Shown here piece by piece: positions 17,360 to 26,765 of a DNA stretch of 64,000 nt. The notes below the pieces were generated by a model, which was not told the DNA's origin, did not search any database, and saw only the letters and a list, made by a program, of their open reading frames with translations. The DNA lies in NCBI GenBank assembly GCA_963170165.1, contig CAUJGQ010000138.1:95690-159689 (forward strand), written 5' to 3'. The position numbers and the translations under genes are program-made. The DNA comes from Chloroflexota bacterium. Lineage in GTDB: Bacteria; Chloroflexota; Dehalococcoidia; CAUJGQ01. Position 1 is the stretch's first letter; the number at the start of each line of letters is the position of its first letter.

Positions 17360-19690
17360 TCAGGACGGGCGCAGATCAAGCATGCTGACGGCAGCCTCCC
17401 GCACCTCATCCGCGCGGTAGTGCATCGGCACGCGCTGGTGGGTGCGCCACAACTCCAGCTGGTCCGCGTAATGCGGTGTACCAGGCAACCCAGAGACACC
17501 GCCGGGGATAACGAAGCTGCCGTGAGCGATATCCGCCAGATTCACCACCTGCCGGTATACGGAGAGGTTGGTGATGTCGAACGGCGCACTCTCTCGCCAG
17601 GCGTACCCGGCGCATTGGAGCGTGTCTGCATCACCGCCAACCATCGCCCGGGGCGGGTTGAGGGCAGCAGCGTGCCCGGGATGAGCGGCCGCCAGTGTGT
17701 GCTTGGCGTTCGTGCCGTGATGATCCGCATAGCGCCACTGTGCCGGGTCTTCGCCGGCCAGCGCCGCTGTCGCCCGCCAGCCGTCTGCGAGCGCTACAGA
17801 CAGCACCTCGCTCCAGGGACGGTCATCCCACAGCCGATCACGGCCGCCATCGCGCCACATCACCGACGCCAGCCAGCGGCCGATGATCGTGCCCAGCGCC
17901 GCCGGCTCTCCGCCGGTCAGCCAGCGCCAGGCGTCCGCGCCGGTGACGGGGGCAAACAGCACCCGTGCCAGCGTGCGCCGGACATGGGCATACAGCAACG
18001 CCTGGGGGCTCTCCGGCAGCAGGTCACCATCCCAGCCGGCCAGCAGTGCCCGTGCCCGCTCCGCTTCGCCGGTGAACGGCCCGAAGCGCGCCAGCACCGC
18101 CACCAGTTCGCGCGCTGGATGCGAGAGGCGGTCGCCCTGCATGGCGGCGATCTGCTCCGGGGTGCGCGGGCCATCACCGGAGAGCAGTTCCGCGATCCGG
18201 CCGGCGCGCGACGGTGTGGCGAAGTCGTGGGCGATGTACGGCTCGTCTTCGGCGATTACACGCTGGTTAGCGGTGCCGATGAAACCCTCGGGCGGGTTGA
18301 CGGCGCGCGGCAGTTGCTCGAACGGGACCAGTCCGGTCCACTCATGCTCGCCGGTCCAGCCCGGAGCAGGAAACTGACGATGCGCCTGCGACGTACGTAC
18401 TGGCAGCGCGCCACGGGTTAGGTAGCCGATGTTGCCGTGTACGTCCGCTGCCACCAGGTTGTTGACGGGGTCCACCCACTCGCGCTGCGCTTCGAACAGC
18501 TCGGCCACCGTTGTCGCGAACAGCATCGGTCGGGTTGGCTCCAGCCCCCGGCAAGGACCGTCAGTGGCGGTGTAGCGCAGCGCCAGCGCCAGCCCGGAGC
18601 GCGGGTCGCCATGCACCACAGGGCCGTGGCGGGTGCGCCAGACGTCCACCTTGGCGGGGTTGCCACCGCGCACCGTGATGCGCTCGACGGTGTGCTCGGC
18701 GGCGGCCCAGCCGTCCGGGGTGCGGTAACGGGTGGAATCCTCGCCGTCGAACTGCTCGATGTACAGGTCCTGGTAGTCGGCACCGGTGTGGGTGATGTTC
18801 CAGGCAACACTGCCGTTGTGACCGAAGTGGGGAAAGCCGGGCACACCCGGGAAGGTCGCGCCGATCACATCAAACTGCGGACAGGCGACGTGCACCTGCC
18901 AGTAGACGCTGGGCACATCCAGGGCGCGATGCGAGTCGTTGCACAGCACCGGCATGCCGGTCGTCGTGCGCGAGCCGTGCACGGCCCACGAGTTTGAACC
19001 GGCCTCGCGCTCGGCCAGGAAGCCAAGATGCTGAGCGGCCGCGCGGATCTCATCGTCCGCCTGGTCGAACAGTGCGGCCACGGCGCCTCCGGGCGGCAGG
19101 ATGACCGTCGAGCCCGCCGGGGAGCGACCGTCAAGCTGTCCGTAGCGCTCTGGGCCGATCATCGCGAGCAGGCGGCCCTGGGCGATCTTCTTCTGCCACA
19201 CGCCCATCAACACATGCCGCACTTTGAACGAAATGACCGAGTGCCACACCTCCCACGGCTCCGGCGAGATACCAGATAATGCGTACTCCACGGGCAACGG
19301 CTGGCCGGAGGTAAGGAAGGCATTGACACCGGCGGCGTACGCCTCGAACATCGCCCGCGTCTCGGGCGACATGGCGGCGATATCGGCCTGGGCAGCCCGC
19401 GCCAATTGCAGGCGACGGGCAAGGGTATCGGCAGGCAGCGCGGCTTCACCGGCCACTTCGGCCCAGCGGCCGGCGGCGCGGCGGCGGTCGTACTCCATCT
19501 GCCACAGCCGGTCCTGGGCGGCGGCAAAGCCCTGGCCAAACCAGGCATCGCGCTCGCTGGTTGCCTGGATGTGGCCCACACCCGCGCCATCGCGGTAGAT
19601 CGTCATCGGGGCCTGGAGCCCCGGAACGTTGATGCTGCCGTCCATGCGCGGCCGCGCCGCCGCCAGATCAAGCCCCGTTGGTACCGACAC
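17360..19690 (-). CDS. Penicillin acylase-family Ntn-hydrolase (penicillin amidase/AHL acylase-like)
   Basis: 776 aa, full-length penicillin amidase architecture; N-terminal region DAWFGQGFAAAQDRLWQMEYDRR. Confidence 0.9.
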   Translation of the reverse strand: MSVPTGLDLAAARPRMDGSINVPGLQAPMTIYRDGAGVGHIQATSERDAWFGQGFAAAQDRLWQMEYDRRRAAGRWAEVAGEAALPADTLARRLQLARAAQADIAAMSPETRAMFEAYAAGVNAFLTSGQPLPVEYALSGISPEPWEVWHSVISFKVRHVLMGVWQKKIAQGRLLAMIGPERYGQLDGRSPAGSTVILPPGGAVAALFDQADDEIRAAAQHLGFLAEREAGSNSWAVHGSRTTTGMPVLCNDSHRALDVPSVYWQVHVACPQFDVIGATFPGVPGFPHFGHNGSVAWNITHTGADYQDLYIEQFDGEDSTRYRTPDGWAAAEHTVERITVRGGNPAKVDVWRTRHGPVVHGDPRSGLALALRYTATDGPCRGLEPTRPMLFATTVAELFEAQREWVDPVNNLVAADVHGNIGYLTRGALPVRTSQAHRQFPAPGWTGEHEWTGLVPFEQLPRAVNPPEGFIGTANQRVIAEDEPYIAHDFATPSRAGRIAELLSGDGPRTPEQIAAMQGDRLSHPARELVAVLARFGPFTGEAERARALLAGWDGDLLPESPQALLYAHVRRTLARVLFAPVTGADAWRWLTGGEPAALGTIIGRWLASVMWRDGGRDRLWDDRPWSEVLSVALADGWRATAALAGEDPAQWRYADHHGTNAKHTLAAAHPGHAAALNPPRAMVGGDADTLQCAGYAWRESAPFDITNLSVYRQVVNLADIAHGSFVIPGGVSGLPGTPHYADQLELWRTHQRVPMHYRADEVREAAVSMLDLRPS

Positions 19691-19751
19691 ATCCCACCCC
19701 CAACACCGGATGGAGGGATGCTAGAGCAGGCGGGCGGGCCAGGCAACGGCG

Positions 19752-19958
19752 TTAGGCGGCATCATCCCAGGTGTGGTTGCGGGCCGAGACGATCTCGACC
19801 CAGCTCTCCGGATGCTCCTCACGCCACAGGTTCTGCAGGTGGAACGCATCGATGGCGGTGGGCACGCGGCCGATCTTGAGCGGTCGCCGGTCAGACGCTT
19901 GATGCAGGCGGACAATGAATCCCATGACGGCACGCTCGCGGTTGAATTTGTCTACCAC
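19752..19958 (-). CDS. Hypothetical small protein (68 aa) upstream of penicillin acylase
   Basis: GC3-rich, coding-like codon usage, GTG start, no convincing RBS, no recognised motif. Confidence 0.3.
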   Translation of the reverse strand: MVDKFNRERAVMGFIVRLHQASDRRPLKIGRVPTAIDAFHLQNLWREEHPESWVEIVSARNHTWDDAA

Positions 19959-20055
19959 AGTTTTCGCGGCAGACCGGTCGGTACATAGCAGGGAGATCCC
20001 CTAAATTGGCGGGGGAGCCGTGCCGATAGCGCTGCCTCGCGGTGAGGGTTGATAC

Positions 20056-20340
20056 GTGAACATCACCTTCGACGGGCCGATCTGGTACTGGCGCGGCCCG
20101 GCGCCCTGGTACTTCGTCACCGTTCCGCCACGCCAATGCCAGGACCTGACGGCGATTGCGGGGGCAGTGACCTATGGCTGGGGGATGATCCCGGCGACCG
20201 TCCGGATTGGCGGAACCACCTGGACGACCTCGCTGTTCCCCAAAGACGGCGGCTACGTCGTTCCGATCAAGACAAGCGTGCGCAAAGCGCAACGGCTTGC
20301 CGAAGGCGATACCGTATCGCTCCGGCTCGACGTCGGGTAG
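20056..20340 (+). CDS. DUF1905-domain protein
   Basis: 94 aa; WYFVTVPP...GWGMIPATVRIGGTTWTTSLFP pattern characteristic of DUF1905. Confidence 0.65.
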   Translation: MNITFDGPIWYWRGPAPWYFVTVPPRQCQDLTAIAGAVTYGWGMIPATVRIGGTTWTTSLFPKDGGYVVPIKTSVRKAQRLAEGDTVSLRLDVG

Positions 20341-20417
20341 CAGCGGCGCACGGCGGAACTTACCTGTGCGAAGCGCACAGCCGGGCTGCCCGTACGGCGG
20401 GCCATTTCAGCGATGGT

Positions 20418-21452
20418 TCAGGCCGGCAGCACCCGACCACCGGCAGCACGGGAGAGGCGGTCGCGCACGGCGAGGCCCAGTCCCGCTGGGGGCGGCAGGC
20501 GGGCGGCGATGACGCGCACACCGGCGGACTCCAGCGCGCGCAGGGCAGCAAACAACCGGGCAGCGGCGCGTTCGCCGTCATCATCGTCCCGGCCGAGCGG
20601 TTCGATGGTGACACCAGGGGCGGCGCCGATCACGGCGGCGTCGGCCTCAGACAGCAGCGCACCGGCAGGCACACCGGCAGCCACCAGCGCCCGCAGCCGC
20701 CCGGCGATGGCAGCCAGGGCGGCGTCGCGGTCACCGTCATACAGCAGCATCTCGGCATCGGGCGCATAGTGTTTGTCCATCAGGCCGGGAGAGGACGCCG
20801 GTCCCTCCGCCTCGGTGACCCTCCCTCGCAACTGCACTTCACCCAGCACCGCCCGCAGCCGCTCGACGCTGACGCCACCGGGACGCAGCACCACCGGCGG
20901 GTGCGCCGCCAGGTCCAGCACGGTACTCTCCACCCCCACGGGGGTGGGGCCGCCGTCCAGGATCAGGTCGATGCGACCGGTGAGGTCGGCGGCAACGTGA
21001 GCGGCGGTGGTGGGGCTGGTATGCATGAAGCGGTTGGCGCTGGGTGCGGCGATGGGGACCGCGGCCGCTCGAATCAGAGCCAGCGCTACCGGATGCGCCG
21101 GCATCCGCACGGCGACGGTGGTGCGGCCCGCCGTGACGTTGTCCGGCACCGCCGCGGCGCGTGGCAGCACCAGCGACAGCGGCCCCGGCCAGAAGGCAGC
21201 CGCTGCCGCGCGGGCGGCGTCCGGGATATGCGCCGCTACCCGCACCAGATCAGGAAGATCGGCGATGTGGACGATACAGGGGTCATCCAGGTCGCGGCCC
21301 TTTGCGGCGAAGATGCCGGCGACGGCGGTGGCAGCGAGCGCGTCCGCGCCCAGGCCATAGACGGTTTCAGTGGGGAAGGCAACGAGCCCGCCCCGGCGAA
21401 TCACCGCCGCCGCCTCGGCGATCACCGCCGGCGCAGGATGGAGCGGGTCCAC
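20418..21452 (-). CDS. L-threonylcarbamoyladenylate synthase (Sua5/YrdC/TsaC family, long Sua5 form)
   Basis: 344 aa; YrdC motif FPTETVYGLGADA plus Sua5 C-terminal domain. Confidence 0.85.
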   Translation of the reverse strand: MDPLHPAPAVIAEAAAVIRRGGLVAFPTETVYGLGADALAATAVAGIFAAKGRDLDDPCIVHIADLPDLVRVAAHIPDAARAAAAAFWPGPLSLVLPRAAAVPDNVTAGRTTVAVRMPAHPVALALIRAAAVPIAAPSANRFMHTSPTTAAHVAADLTGRIDLILDGGPTPVGVESTVLDLAAHPPVVLRPGGVSVERLRAVLGEVQLRGRVTEAEGPASSPGLMDKHYAPDAEMLLYDGDRDAALAAIAGRLRALVAAGVPAGALLSEADAAVIGAAPGVTIEPLGRDDDDGERAAARLFAALRALESAGVRVIAARLPPPAGLGLAVRDRLSRAAGGRVLPA

Positions 21453-21485
21453 GGCCAGGGTTCTGGTGTCCAGCGCGGCGCTCCT

Positions 21486-22223
21486 CTACGGTAGCCGGTC
21501 GGGCAGCCCCAGCAGCTCCGGCACGGTCACCAGGTGATAGCCACGAGCACGAAGCTCATCGATCAGAACCGCCACCGCCTGCACCGTCGGTGTCCGGTCC
21601 GTCCCCTGCCGGGTGTCATCTCCATCATGCAACAGCACGATCGCCCCCGGCTCAAGGCCGTCCAGCACGCGGGCGACGATCCGTTCCGGCGCCGGGCGCT
21701 CCCAGTCGTAGGTCTGGATGTTCCAGTGCACGGCGGTCAGGCCAGCCGCCCGCACGGCGCGCAACTGCCAGGGGGTATGAAAGCCGTTAGGCGAGCGATA
21801 CAGCGCCGGGCGAAAGCCGGTGGCCGCCGCGATCGCCGTTTGGGCCCGTTCTAGCTCGCGGTAGTGCGGGTCCAGGAGCGCGTCGCGCTTGCGGTGCCGG
21901 TACGAGTGGTTGCCAATCGCGTGCCCGCCGGCTGCGATCCGGCGCACGGTCTCGGGCGCGCGCTCAGCATTTTCTCCCACGATGAAGAACGTGGCGCGGG
22001 CCTCCTTCTGGCGCAGCACATCGAGCAAGGCGGACGTGGCCGGGTCGTTGGGGCCGTCATCAAAGGTGAGCGCGACCACCTTGCCGCCCGCTGAGCCGTG
22101 GGTGACGATCCGGCCGTACACCTGTGACTGCGGCCAGACCGCCGGCGCGTACAGCGCCGCTGATCCGAGCAGCACCGCCAGCGCGCCCAGAACGGGCCAC
22201 CACCATCGCCGGCGCCGAACCAT
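21486..22223 (-). CDS. Polysaccharide deacetylase (NodB homology / CE4) family protein, N-terminal signal/TM
   Basis: 245 aa; NodB motifs ALTFDDGPN, HSYRHR, LLHD. Confidence 0.85.
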   Translation of the reverse strand: MVRRRRWWWPVLGALAVLLGSAALYAPAVWPQSQVYGRIVTHGSAGGKVVALTFDDGPNDPATSALLDVLRQKEARATFFIVGENAERAPETVRRIAAGGHAIGNHSYRHRKRDALLDPHYRELERAQTAIAAATGFRPALYRSPNGFHTPWQLRAVRAAGLTAVHWNIQTYDWERPAPERIVARVLDGLEPGAIVLLHDGDDTRQGTDRTPTVQAVAVLIDELRARGYHLVTVPELLGLPDRLP

Positions 22224-22234
22224 ACCGAAGCCCC

Positions 22235-24370
22235 TCAGTCTGCGAGCCGCAGGCAGCCGGGTATCCCGTCCGGCGCGGGCACAGCGGCAGCACGGGCGGC
22301 GCGGACATCGTACACAGCGTAGCGGCCCGCGCCCTCGGCAAATGCACGTCGCGCCAGCCCCGCGGCGGTCAACCCGTCCAGCCTCAACTGTTCGTTGGTC
22401 CGGTATTGCGCGAAGTACGCCCGTTCCACCACCACGAAGTCCACCTCCTCCGCATCCAGGAAGCAGCTGTACTGCCGTTCGGAGAAGCTGCGTTTGAACA
22501 TGCTCTCGGTGAACAACTCGGAAGTGAGCACCGCGCCGTGACGCACCAGGTAATACAGTCCATCCTCTCGCTCGTTCGGCGTCAGCATGCGGTAGTGCGC
22601 ACCCGGCACAAAGTCGCCGGTACGGGCATAGGCGGCGTAGTAATCATGCGAGGTTCGGAAGATGCCGGTGTAGCTGCCCTGGGCGAAGCCAAGGAAGCCG
22701 TTAGCCATCACGGTGTTGACCGCCGTCCCCGCCAGGATCACACCGGCCAGCGGCAGCCAGTGACGGCGAATCAGGGCATGGAGCGGTGCGAAGACGAACG
22801 GCACGAGCAGAATCGTCCCGCGCCGCACCACCACATCGCCAATGGACAGTGCAATGGTGACGGCGTCGTTCTCGCCCACCGCGGGCGTAGCCAGCGTGAG
22901 ATACAGCAGCGGCGCCAGCGCCACACCGATGGCCAGCGCCATTGCGGTGGCAGCCCACAGCGCAATTCGGCCCCGCCACAGCGCCCACGCCAGGTACAGG
23001 GATACCGCCGGCAGACTCATAATCGGGTGGGTACCCGCCGCCAGCCAGCCCAGCAGCCCGGCCACGAGCCACCGCCGCCGGTCCAGGGCCGCGCTGAACA
23101 GAAAGAAGAACACCCCTGACCAGACAAACGAGTACTGGAAAGCGAAGATCGCATCGATGTAAAACGGGTTGAGCACAAACAGCGCCAGCAGCCACGGGTC
23201 ACGCATGGCCGGCCGGGCGATCCCGGCTGCCCAGAGCAACCCCAGCAGCCCGGTCACGAACAGCAGCGTCACCGACCACGGCCCCAGCAGGGCCCACAGC
23301 GCGGCATTCACCAACCAGGGGACGGCGCCGTATGGCAACGCCACGGCATCGCCGTTGTCCAGCGGCGCGGCGCGGATGGGGAACTGAGCGTGATCAATCA
23401 GACGGTCCTGCAGATACCAGACATGGATGTAGTTGTTGATGGAGTCGGTGCCAAGGAAGACCGGCTTACTGAGGACCAGCAGCAGTACCAGCGCCAGTGG
23501 CAGGAACACTGCCAGCGGTAGGCTATACACCAGCAAGGCCGGCAGCGCGGCGGGAGCCCGGCGGCCGGCCGAGACGCGGTACCAGGCGGCGGGCATCGCC
23601 CACAGATCTACCGCGACGTCAAACAGCCGCGTGCGCGAGCGAAAGACGGGAACAGGGATCGTTACGTCGTTGCGGACCTTGTACCCCAGCCGGCAGAGGA
23701 TCACCGCCACCTCGACGGTCTCTGAGTACTTCCAGCCGCGGTAGTAGCGCAGCGCCTCCAGCAGCGGCCCCACCCGAAAGATGCGGAAGCCGGACTCGAT
23801 GTCGCGCCAGCGCTGGCCTGCCCACACGCTGCCCCACGCCGACATCACCCAGTTGCCCAGCCGCTTATAGCGGGTGTAGCCGGAGCCGCGCAGGTCGCGC
23901 TCCGCCACCAACGCCGCCAGGTCTTCTTCGATTACGGTGTTGATCAGCCGGTCCAGCAGTTCGGGGTCGTGCTGGCCATCGGCGTCGACGGTGAGAATCA
24001 GGTCGTCGGCGCACAGCTCTCCCGCCTGCACCCGCGCGCCGATTGCCTGAAAGGCTTCATAGTAGGCGGCGGACATCCCCCGGTTTACCGGGAAACTCAC
24101 AAGCTGGACCGGCTCATCCGGGTGCGCGGCGATGTACGCCTCAATTTCGGCCTTGGTGGCGTCGGTCGAGCCGTCGTCGACGATCACGACTTCATCGACA
24201 GAGGGATGCGCCGCCAGCTTGGCCAGCACGGACCGGACCGTCGGTGCTTCGTTGTAGGCAGGGACGACGGCAATCCGGCGCGTGGCCGCCACCGCGGGTG
24301 GCCGCTGACCAACGCGGTGGGAGCGGGCTCGACGGTGCGCGTCGTGCACGGCCCGGGCGCGGTCAGTCAT
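22235..24370 (-). CDS. Family 2 glycosyltransferase (DPM1/ArnC-like, polyprenyl-phosphate sugar transferase type) fused to a large C-terminal polytopic membrane domain
   Basis: GT-A motifs AVVPAYNEA, VVIVDDGSTD, DADGQHD in the first about 250 aa, then about 10-12 TM helices. Start ATG 24370 (MTDRARAV) gives a 4-nt ATGA overlap with the upstream SDR gene. Confidence 0.8.
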   Translation of the reverse strand: MTDRARAVHDAHRRARSHRVGQRPPAVAATRRIAVVPAYNEAPTVRSVLAKLAAHPSVDEVVIVDDGSTDATKAEIEAYIAAHPDEPVQLVSFPVNRGMSAAYYEAFQAIGARVQAGELCADDLILTVDADGQHDPELLDRLINTVIEEDLAALVAERDLRGSGYTRYKRLGNWVMSAWGSVWAGQRWRDIESGFRIFRVGPLLEALRYYRGWKYSETVEVAVILCRLGYKVRNDVTIPVPVFRSRTRLFDVAVDLWAMPAAWYRVSAGRRAPAALPALLVYSLPLAVFLPLALVLLLVLSKPVFLGTDSINNYIHVWYLQDRLIDHAQFPIRAAPLDNGDAVALPYGAVPWLVNAALWALLGPWSVTLLFVTGLLGLLWAAGIARPAMRDPWLLALFVLNPFYIDAIFAFQYSFVWSGVFFFLFSAALDRRRWLVAGLLGWLAAGTHPIMSLPAVSLYLAWALWRGRIALWAATAMALAIGVALAPLLYLTLATPAVGENDAVTIALSIGDVVVRRGTILLVPFVFAPLHALIRRHWLPLAGVILAGTAVNTVMANGFLGFAQGSYTGIFRTSHDYYAAYARTGDFVPGAHYRMLTPNEREDGLYYLVRHGAVLTSELFTESMFKRSFSERQYSCFLDAEEVDFVVVERAYFAQYRTNEQLRLDGLTAAGLARRAFAEGAGRYAVYDVRAARAAAVPAPDGIPGCLRLAD

Positions 24371-25311
24371 CGAGGAGCATCTCCCGCGGCTACAGCCCGC
24401 TCGGCCGCCAGCTTGGCGGTGTACCACTCGAACGACCGGCGCAGCCCTTCGTCAAACCTGACTTCCGGCTGCCAGCCCAGTTCTTCCAGCGCCCGCCGGG
24501 CAGACACTACCTTGGGCGACAGGTCACCGGCGCGGCCGGGGCCAATCTCCAGCGGCACGTGCTCGCCGGCCAGCGCCCTCACCCCCTCGGCGATCTCGCG
24601 GATGGTGACCGGACGCGCACCCTCGAGATTGTAGGTGCGGTTCTCGGCACGAGGCGACATGGCCAGGAGATGGGCGCGCGCCAGATCCTCCACGTACACG
24701 AACTGCCGGTGCTGCGTGCCGCCGCCGGAGAGGATCAACGGCTCGCCTTTGAGAGCGCGCCGGATAAAGGCACAGATCACCAGCGCCTCGCGCATCCGCG
24801 GGCCGTAGGGGATGCCATAACGCAGCACAGTGTACGGTCGCTGATAAAGCGTGGCGTAGTCACGGCAGAGCATCTCTGCCGCGATCTTGGTGGTGGCGTA
24901 GAGGTGGCGGTCCGTCTCTGGGGAAAAGGACGTGACTTCGTCTACTTCCTGCGGCAGCGAAGCGGAGTACACCCAGACGGTACTGGCCAGAATCACACGT
25001 CCGGCCTCTGCCCGCCGGGCCGCTTCCAGCAGGCCCGCGGTACCGGAGATGTTGAGCTGCACCGCCTCCACCGGCGCGGCGAAGACGTCGTTCACATCTG
25101 CCATCGCCGCAAGATGAAAAATGAATTCCGCCCCACGCACGGCGCCGGTCAGCGCGGCGGTGTCGAGGATGCTGGCGGGCCGCCAGTCGACGTCATCCCG
25201 GTGGGGCGGACGGATATCCAACACACGAACGTTGTGCCCGGCCGCGCACAGCGCGTCAATCACATGCGAGCCGATGAACCCGGAGCCACCGGTAACTGCC
25301 ACCTGAGCCAT
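24367..25311 (-). CDS. NAD-dependent epimerase/dehydratase (extended SDR; UDP-sugar 4-epimerase / UDP-glucuronate decarboxylase-like)
   Basis: 314 aa; GGSGFIGSHV Rossmann motif, YxxxK (YATTKIAAE). Confidence 0.85.
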   Translation of the reverse strand: MAQVAVTGGSGFIGSHVIDALCAAGHNVRVLDIRPPHRDDVDWRPASILDTAALTGAVRGAEFIFHLAAMADVNDVFAAPVEAVQLNISGTAGLLEAARRAEAGRVILASTVWVYSASLPQEVDEVTSFSPETDRHLYATTKIAAEMLCRDYATLYQRPYTVLRYGIPYGPRMREALVICAFIRRALKGEPLILSGGGTQHRQFVYVEDLARAHLLAMSPRAENRTYNLEGARPVTIREIAEGVRALAGEHVPLEIGPGRAGDLSPKVVSARRALEELGWQPEVRFDEGLRRSFEWYTAKLAAERAVAAGDAPR

Positions 25312-25435
25312 GCATGAACCTCTAGGGAATACGCCCCGCGCGTTGTCTGCTCGGTCTACCCGAGTGCTGTGGGTTTACGTCAACTGCCACGCCAGGACCG
25401 TCCAAGCGCCACGCGCCGCAGCTTCCGTGCCGCCG

Positions 25436-26560
25436 TCAACGCAGCCGATCCAGCACCGCACCGAGCGACTCCACCACAAAGGCAGCCTGATCGTCCGTCA
25501 TGACGGCGGAAACCGGCAGACAAATGTGGCGGGCGCACAGGCGCTCGGCGCCGGGGAGGGCGCGATCACGGTAGGGGGCAAACACCGGCTGCTCGTGCAG
25601 CGGCGTCTCGTACACTTCGCCGGACAGGCCGATGTCGTACTCGTCGCGCAGCACCTGCTTCAGCACCGAGCGATCCACGCCGTCGGGCAGGTACACGCTG
25701 TACTTGTAGTAATTGCTGCGCGAGCCTTCCGGCACGGCCACCGGGTGCATACCCAGCCGGCCATCCTGGAGCGCAGCATCGTAGATGCGGGCGATGCGCT
25801 GGCGATGCGCGATAAACTCCTCCAGCCGGGCAAACTGCTGCAAGGCGATGGCAGCGTGCACCTCGCTCATGCGCCAGTTCGAACCCATGCGCGTGTGTGC
25901 GTTCTGGGTGAACGACGCCTTGCCCTGATCGCGGTAGATCAGTGCCTCCTGGTAGATGCGCTCGTCATCGGTGACGATCATACCGCCCTCGCCAGCGGCC
26001 ATCACCTTGGTTGGATAGAAAGAGAACGAGCCGGCGACGCCAAATGTGCCAGCCCCCTTGCCGCCATGGGCGGAGCCATGGGCGTGAGCGGCATCCTCGA
26101 ACAGCCAGATGCCGCGGGCATCGCACAGTTGCCGCAGTGCTTCGATATCCGGCGTCACCAGGCCGCCGACATGGACGACGATCAGACCGGCGGTATTCGG
26201 GCCGATCTGGCGCTCGACATCGGCCGGCGAGACGGCCATCGACTCCGGATCGCAGTCTACGAAGCGTGGCACGCCGCCGGCATGGACCACGGCCGCGGCA
26301 GTGGCAAAGAAGGTATTGGCGGGCACCAGCACCTCTTTCCCCGTGACATCGAGGACGCGTAGCGGGATTTCGATGGCGCTGGTGCCGGAGGAGACGGCCG
26401 CGGCGTAACGGGTGCCGGCATAGGCAGCGAACCGCTCTTCCAGCTCGCGGCCGAACTTGCCCAGCGTCAGCTGGCCGGTGGTGAGCGCCTCATCAATCCG
26501 TGCCAGAATCGCCGTGCGGTCGTCATCAGAGAAGTACACCTGTGCGGGCGGGACGCGCAT
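25436..26560 (-). CDS. DegT/DnrJ/EryC1/StrS-family PLP-dependent sugar aminotransferase (ArnB-like)
   Basis: Motifs GTSAIEIPL, SFSFYPTKVMAAGEGGMIVTDD (Lys in FYPTK). Start at internal ATG (MRVPPAQVYF). Confidence 0.85.
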   Translation of the reverse strand: MRVPPAQVYFSDDDRTAILARIDEALTTGQLTLGKFGRELEERFAAYAGTRYAAAVSSGTSAIEIPLRVLDVTGKEVLVPANTFFATAAAVVHAGGVPRFVDCDPESMAVSPADVERQIGPNTAGLIVVHVGGLVTPDIEALRQLCDARGIWLFEDAAHAHGSAHGGKGAGTFGVAGSFSFYPTKVMAAGEGGMIVTDDERIYQEALIYRDQGKASFTQNAHTRMGSNWRMSEVHAAIALQQFARLEEFIAHRQRIARIYDAALQDGRLGMHPVAVPEGSRSNYYKYSVYLPDGVDRSVLKQVLRDEYDIGLSGEVYETPLHEQPVFAPYRDRALPGAERLCARHICLPVSAVMTDDQAAFVVESLGAVLDRLR

Positions 26561-26765
26561 GAAACAGACACCTCCGGAAGGGAACCGGCCCCTCCGGGCC
26601 GCCATGTATCAGCATACCTGGTCTGCCGTGCTCATCGGAGACCCAATCGTGAGAACCGGCATCCAGCCTCGGGCAACCGCGAACCGGGCCAGCGAGCCGG
26701 AAGGTAGGAGCGAGCAGGCGGTTCAGCCCGCTCGCTCCGCTTCACCTCCCGCGCCCTTTCCCCGC

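Noticed and set aside
22124-23119. 331-aa plus ORF opposite the GT2-membrane gene
   Set aside because: Arg/Gln/His-rich low-complexity antisense reading. The minus strand encodes clear GT-A motifs and TM helices.
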